Shown: positions 60,270 to 64,000 of the stretch, piece by piece | Position numbering within the stretch: the stretch's first letter is position 1 | Layout of the letters: the number at the start of each line of letters is the position of its first letter | From: an uncultured delta proteobacterium | GTDB lineage: Bacteria > Desulfobacterota > Binatia > Binatales > Binataceae | Length of the DNA stretch: 64,000 bases | Reading direction: 5' to 3' | NCBI GenBank assembly: GCA_963848285.1 | Contig: CAWKCZ010000002.1 | Coordinates: 129,358 to 193,357, forward strand | The notes under the pieces: generated by a model | Databases searched by the model: none | What the model saw: the letters and a program-made list of their open reading frames with translations, nothing else | Told to the model about the DNA's origin: nothing | Made by a program: the position numbers and the translations under genes

Positions 60270-61145
60270 GTGAGATTGCACCTGATTGACGGGACCTACG
60301 AACTTTATCGCGCGCATTTCGCGCCGCGTCCGGGGCATCGCGCCCCCGACGGCAGCGACGCCAAAGCCACGGTCGGGATCGTCGAATCGATCCTCGCATT
60401 GCTGCACGATGCGCAGGAGGCCGTGACTCACTGGCGATCGCATTCGACAATCCGATCCGGTCTTTCCGTAACGATCTCTATCCGCATTACAAGAGCGATG
60501 AGGGCGTGCCGGCGGAACTGCATGCTCAATTCGACGCCGCCGAGGGCGCGATTCGCTCACTAGGAGTCGTAGTCTGGTCGATGCGCGAGTACGAGGCTGA
60601 CGATGCCCTCGCGACCGGCGCACGCAAGTTCCGCGATGAGGTCGAGCAGGTACGCATCATGACGCCGGACAAGGACCTGGGGCAGTGCATCGTCGATGAC
60701 AAGGTGGTCCAGGTAGATCGGCGTCAGCGCAAACTCATCAACGAAGCTGCGTTTCGGGCCGAGCGCGGATTTGCGCCCACCAGCATGGCGGATTTCCTCG
60801 CGCTCACGGGCGATAGTGCCGATGGATTTCCGGGGCTGCCGGGCTTCGGCAAAAAGAGCGCGCGGCACCTTGTTGAGCGTCTACCCTCATCTCGAAGACA
60901 TCCCAACCTACGCGATGAACTGGAAGGTGCAGCCTCGCGGAGCGTTGCAACTCGCGACGACACTGGCGGCACATCGCGAGGAGGCGTTGCTCTACCGCAA
61001 GTTAGCGACCTTGGTCGAGGAAGTGCCGCTCGCGGAATCCCTCGCGGGCCTGCAATTGCGCGGCGTCCCGCGCGAGCGCTTCGAAAAATGGTGCGATGAT
61101 CTTGGCGTCGCGCGCTTGAAGACCGTTCCGAAGCGTTGGCGGTAG
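60270..61145 (+). CDS. stand-alone 5'-3' exonuclease / flap endonuclease (Pol I N-terminal domain family), frame-disrupted
   Basis: MRLHLIDGTYELYRAHFA.., then AIAFDN.IRSFRNDLYPHYKSDEG and MREYEADDALAT, then RIMTPDKDLGQC. The H3TH motif is LALTGDSADGFPGLPGFGKKSA. The C-terminal part lies in ORF 60771..61145. 2-3 frame changes, near 60430 and 60860. Confidence 0.7.
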
Positions 61146-61149
61146 AGTC

Positions 61150-61542
61150 TTACGCCGACCAGCGGTCGCAATCGAAACCGTCCGGCAACTGCACGAACAT
61201 CACGTGCGCGGGTCCTTCAATCACCCGCGTCAGGTGGCCCTTGCCGGTCAGATCGTCGGCGATGAAAGCCTGGCCCGGGGTGCATCGGCGCTTTTGATTG
61301 TCGCTGGTTCCGACCTCGAGAACGCCTGACAACACCACCACGATCTGGCGCGCCGGCGCGTGATGCCAGCTTTCGTCGAGGCCCTTCGGCAGCTCGACGA
61401 AGCGGATACTCGGCGACGCCCACGCACCGGATTGGAGGAGCGTATTGCCGAACTGATCCGCGCGCGGCTCATTGATGGGAACTTCGATTTCCTGGAAGCG
61501 CGACTCGCCATCAGGGGTGGCATGAAAACGGGTAACTTTCAT
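61150..61542 (-). CDS. cupin-domain protein
   Basis: Internal ATG (61542, RBS GGAGA) of ORF 61150..61653, whose upstream extension would overlap the tRNA. It reads MKVTRFHATPDGESRFQEIEV..WHHAPARQIVVVLSGVLEVGTSD..PGQAFIADDLTGKGHLTRV. Confidence 0.7.
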   Translation of the reverse strand: MKVTRFHATPDGESRFQEIEVPINEPRADQFGNTLLQSGAWASPSIRFVELPKGLDESWHHAPARQIVVVLSGVLEVGTSDNQKRRCTPGQAFIADDLTGKGHLTRVIEGPAHVMFVQLPDGFDCDRWSA

Positions 61543-61590
61543 TGGAATCTCCAGAAATCGTACATGACACGCCGTGAGGGATTTGGCGAG

Positions 61591-61662
61591 TGCCCCGGCC
61601 GGGAATCGAACCCGGACTTGAGGTTCCGGAGACCTCCGTGATGTCCTTTTCACTACCGGGGC
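61591..61662 (-). tRNA. tRNA-Arg (anticodon CCG), 72 nt, CCA not encoded
   Basis: The reverse strand reads GCCCCGG-TA-GTGA-AAAGGACA-TCAC-G-GAGGT-CTCCGGA-ACCTC-AAGT-CCGGG-TTCGATT-CCCGG-CCGGGGC-A. All four stems are perfectly paired. U8, the GG in the D-loop and the TTCGA T-loop are present. The anticodon loop is CU-CCG-GA. Confidence 0.9.
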
Positions 61663-61814
61663 GCCGGCAGGATCAAGAAAGTATCGCGCCGGGTTCGAGC
61701 GAACAAGTCGCCCCGCACGCGCCGGGGCAGGCTCTACCCGCGAGCAGAAGGCGCGCGTCAGTGCGTGGCTCTTAACGCGACCAGGATGTCATGGGATGCG
61801 CAGCCATGCTGAAA

Positions 61815-61829
61815 ATGACAATTTGTCAT
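61815..61829. promoter_or_regulatory. perfect 7-1-7 palindrome ATGACAA-T-TTGTCAT in a gene-poor AT-richer stretch (operator candidate)
   Basis: Read directly from the sequence. It lies in the 465-bp gap between the tRNA-Arg and the MFS transporter stop. No cognate regulator gene is obvious. Confidence 0.3.
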
Positions 61830-62127
61830 AAAGCGTTCGAGCTTATGGGAGGCGAACCGCGCTGTATGAGAAGTCCACCTTGAGTTTAGGCAACATTGTT
61901 TCAAGAGAAAAGAGTAACTGTATCGGATACCTGAGTCCGCAGCAGGAACCCGGGCCGGCAAGCGGATCGCCTGCCAGCGCGCTAGCCAGGTTTTGACGCA
62001 ACGACGTAGGTCAAATGGTTTGCCGTCCCCTCGAAGCGTCTCGCGGTGGCGGCGTTCGACGACGGGCGGATGTCGTACAGCACCTGCTCCAGGTCGCGAT
62101 GAATCCGCAAGCTGATCGCCGTCCTTG

Positions 62128-63390
62128 TTATGCGGCGGCAGTTGCGTCGATACGGGTGCGCGAGCGCTCCTGCTCGGCTGCGTAAGGCAAGCAGGCCCAG
62201 GTCGCGACCGCACCAATCAGGCTCAGCACCAGGCAAATCTGAAAGGCGCTCGAATAGCTGCCGCTCGCATCGAAAATTTTACCGAGCATCACCGGCCCAA
62301 TGAAGGCGCCGAGGGTGTTGAAAACGCCCGCCACCCCGGCAATCGCGCCGAAGCGTTTGAGCCCGAGGCATTCCACGGTCAATAGCGGAATCAACACCAG
62401 TGGCGCGCCCAGCGTCAGTCCGAACATCGCGACGAAGGGATAGAGCAGGAGCGGGTTGCGCGCGCCGAAAATCAGGATCATCCCGATCGCCGCACCGGCG
62501 AAGTTGATCATCAAGGCGATGCGCGGGCTTATTCGATCGGACAGCGAACCCCATGATCAACTTGCCCGCAGTGGTAAACAAAAAGACGATGCTCATCATG
62601 CCGGCCGCGAATTCGGCCTTGTACGAGAGCCCGATCATGTAAGGAATGAAATGCAGGCCGACGCCCGCGGCTAGCGTCGCGTACAGAAACTGCGCCACAC
62701 ACAGCATCCAGAACGAGCGCGTGCGAAAAGCTTCGCGCAACTCGAAACCGGGCAACGCATCGGCCCGTTGCGCTACCGATACTTGCGCTCCGGCGCGCGT
62801 CGGCGGGACGCGTGCGGATCGCGAGCAACACGATCGGAATCACGAGGATGAACATCGGGACCGCCAGCACCAGATAGCCGGTCCGCCACGATCCGCCCCA
62901 TACGATCGCGTGGCTGGCGACCACCGTCATCACCGCGCCGCCGAACGAGGTCCCGGCGAACGCCATGCCCATCGCGATGCCGCGCCGCGCGCCGAACCAG
63001 TTCGCGATAATCAGCGAGGCGGGCAGCAGCGTGGCGCCGGTCAGCCCCAGTCCCATCAGCAGGTATGCGACGACCAAGGTTCCGTATGAATGCGCCTGAC
63101 TCGCGAGGAGCCATGCGAGACCGGCAATCGCGGCGCCGGCAACCATCACGATGCGAGCCTCGACGCGGTCCAGTAGCCATCCGGCGGCAGGTCCGCAAAT
63201 TCCCGCCGAAGCGGCGAGCCAGCTTTGCAGAAAGGAAACCTTGGCGCGTTTCCATCCGAATTCCTTGATCAGGGGGGTGACGAAAACTCCCGCGGTGTTG
63301 TATCCGGAGCCGAAGACCAGCAGCAGGGTGGCGAACAGACTCGCGACTATGATCCATCCCTGCCGTTCACGTTTCGTCATCGCCAGCATG
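62128..63390 (-). CDS. MFS transporter (oxalate/formate-antiporter-like subfamily pattern), frame-disrupted
   Basis: MLAMTKRERQGWIIVASLFATLLLVFGSGYNTAGVFVTPLIKEFGW..LDRVEARIVMVAGAAIAG..GLTGATLLPASLIIANWFGARRGIAMGMAF (ORF 62529..63668). The middle is ELREAFRTRSFWMLCVAQFLY..FIPYM (62279..62755). The C-terminal TMs read LVLIPLLTVECLGLKRFGAIAG (62128..62514). At least 3 frame changes. Confidence 0.7.
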
Positions 63391-63472
63391 ATCCTCGCAA
63401 AGGCGCGTTGCGCGATGAGGTCTTTATAGCCAGCGGATGGGGGTCGTCTATCGAAAATCTGTCCGCACGCCT

Positions 63473-64000
63473 CTAGCAGGCCACCCCATTGCAGAGATTC
63501 TGTCCCAGCGAGGTTCCGCCTGATACCTGGCCCCCGGCTCCCGAACTGTTTCCACCATTGTTTTGCAGGACGTTGCCGAGATACCCGCCGGTGGCGTCCG
63601 AGAATGTGATCCCGGCGCCCGTATTTCCCTGGATGACGCTGTCGCGTACCACGCATCCGGTGCCGCAACTGATGCCGCTGCCGTTGCCGGTCGCGGTGAT
63701 CAGCCCCGAAATTCTTGCCCCGGCGCCGGCTAAAACGCCAGCGCCATCGAACCCGGTGATGGTGCCATTGCGGATGACGACGTTAGTGATATTGGGGTTC
63801 TGCGGGTCAATAACGATTCCACCGCCGGTCGCGCTTCCGGTCGCCGAGATAATGAAACCCTGCAGATCGATGGTGACATTCGAGGACTTTATCAGGACCG
63901 AATTGGCGCCACTGGCGCTACCGTTGGTGATGTTGCGGTTGAGCACGTAGCTGCCCGGCTTGGTGATGGTACTTTGGGCCTTGACCGAGGACGCCGCCGG
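63473..64000 (-). CDS. right-handed parallel beta-helix repeat protein, C-terminal part; gene continues beyond the right edge
   Basis: ORF 63473..63946 reads NITNGSASGANSVLIKSSNVTIDLQGFIISATG..NITNVVIRNGTITGFDGAGVL..CVVRDSVIQGNTGAGITF, with a repeat period of about 22 aa. The frame stays open upstream of the GTG at 63946 to base 64000 (..SSVKAQSTITKPGSY). Confidence 0.65.
   Translation of the reverse strand, partial: PAASSVKAQSTITKPGSYVLNRNITNGSASGANSVLIKSSNVTIDLQGFIISATGSATGGGIVIDPQNPNITNVVIRNGTITGFDGAGVLAGAGARISGLITATGNGSGISCGTGCVVRDSVIQGNTGAGITFSDATGGYLGNVLQNNGGNSSGAGGQVSGGTSLGQNLCNGVAC

Noticed and set aside
61150-62236. Genomic island or prophage integrated at tRNA-Arg, plus ORFs 61758..62216 and 61982..62236
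   Set aside because: No integrase, excisionase or phage-like gene lies on either side, and I could find no repeat of the tRNA 3' end by eye. The listed ORFs are Arg/Ser-rich and span the GC drop. Only a short C-terminal-looking remnant is plausible.
1-64000. Programmed ribosomal frameshifting or alternative genetic code as the explanation for the frame breaks
   Set aside because: The breaks occur in both directions, at many non-homologous positions and up to 8 times per gene. The junctions I inspected lack X_XXY_YYZ slippery heptamers and downstream structures. Neighbouring genes with identical codon usage are read normally with standard stops.

Overview
GC-rich bacterial chromosomal segment, probably from an uncultured Gram-negative-type soil or sediment lineage; I cannot place it taxonomically without a search. 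I count about 65 protein-coding genes and one tRNA-Arg(CCG). I recognise no rRNA, CRISPR array, transposase, integrase or phage genes. All product calls rest on motifs I recognise in the six-frame translations, not on database searches.

Content, left to right:
- 818-9842: oxidoreductase and aromatic-catabolism block with two LLM/F420 enzymes, a GlcG-like protein, an HpaB-type monooxygenase, an FAH-family hydrolase, a TPP enzyme and SDRs.
- 9868-14815: co-directional envelope cluster on the minus strand. Order is FecR-domain protein, secreted beta-rich protein, BamB-like lipoprotein, FtsX permease, extended ferredoxin.
- 15017-27227: GST, ABC-F ATPase, small lipoproteins, a tandem SDR pair, a PKD protein, an RCK K+ channel, an isolated murF, GFA, purE and a D-TA-like PLP enzyme.
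- 27349-35660: arn-like (L-Ara4N-type) glycolipid modification locus with arnT, arnC, a split arnA and arnD, plus accessory lipoprotein, TPR and RodZ-like genes.
- 35657-41097: ACAD-fold enzyme, serine hydrolase, VOC protein, kinase-like protein and metC.
- 41132-45597: boxR-boxC-boxB (aerobic benzoyl-CoA pathway), flanked by a repeated near-palindromic candidate operator.
- 45665-52355: aromatic cluster under a GntR regulator. It holds a LigB-type dioxygenase, an SDR, Rieske alpha and beta subunits, an ACMSD-like amidohydrolase and a CoA-transferase.
- 52370-64000: LLM enzyme, two PhyH dioxygenases, mmsA, a BVMO, a 5'-3' exonuclease, a cupin, the tRNA and an MFS transporter. Beta-helix protein genes run off both window edges.

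Two observations dominate:
1. Roughly half of the genes can only be read by hopping between frames (indel-type breaks). The breaks are strongly clustered, and several multi-kb stretches are clean. I interpret this as patchy consensus quality rather than biology, so disrupted genes are listed as CDS with their full reconstructed span and the frame breaks noted.
2. The 550-bp gene-free gap at 54808-55359 carries an orphan plus-strand terminator, a facing minus-strand terminator and a repeated short motif that no gene explains.

I found no clear-cut novel multi-gene system such as a defence island. The best candidates for uncharacterised biology are the FecR/BamB-like envelope cluster, the extended arn locus, the structured intergenic gap and a two-gene lipoprotein module at 56912-57818.
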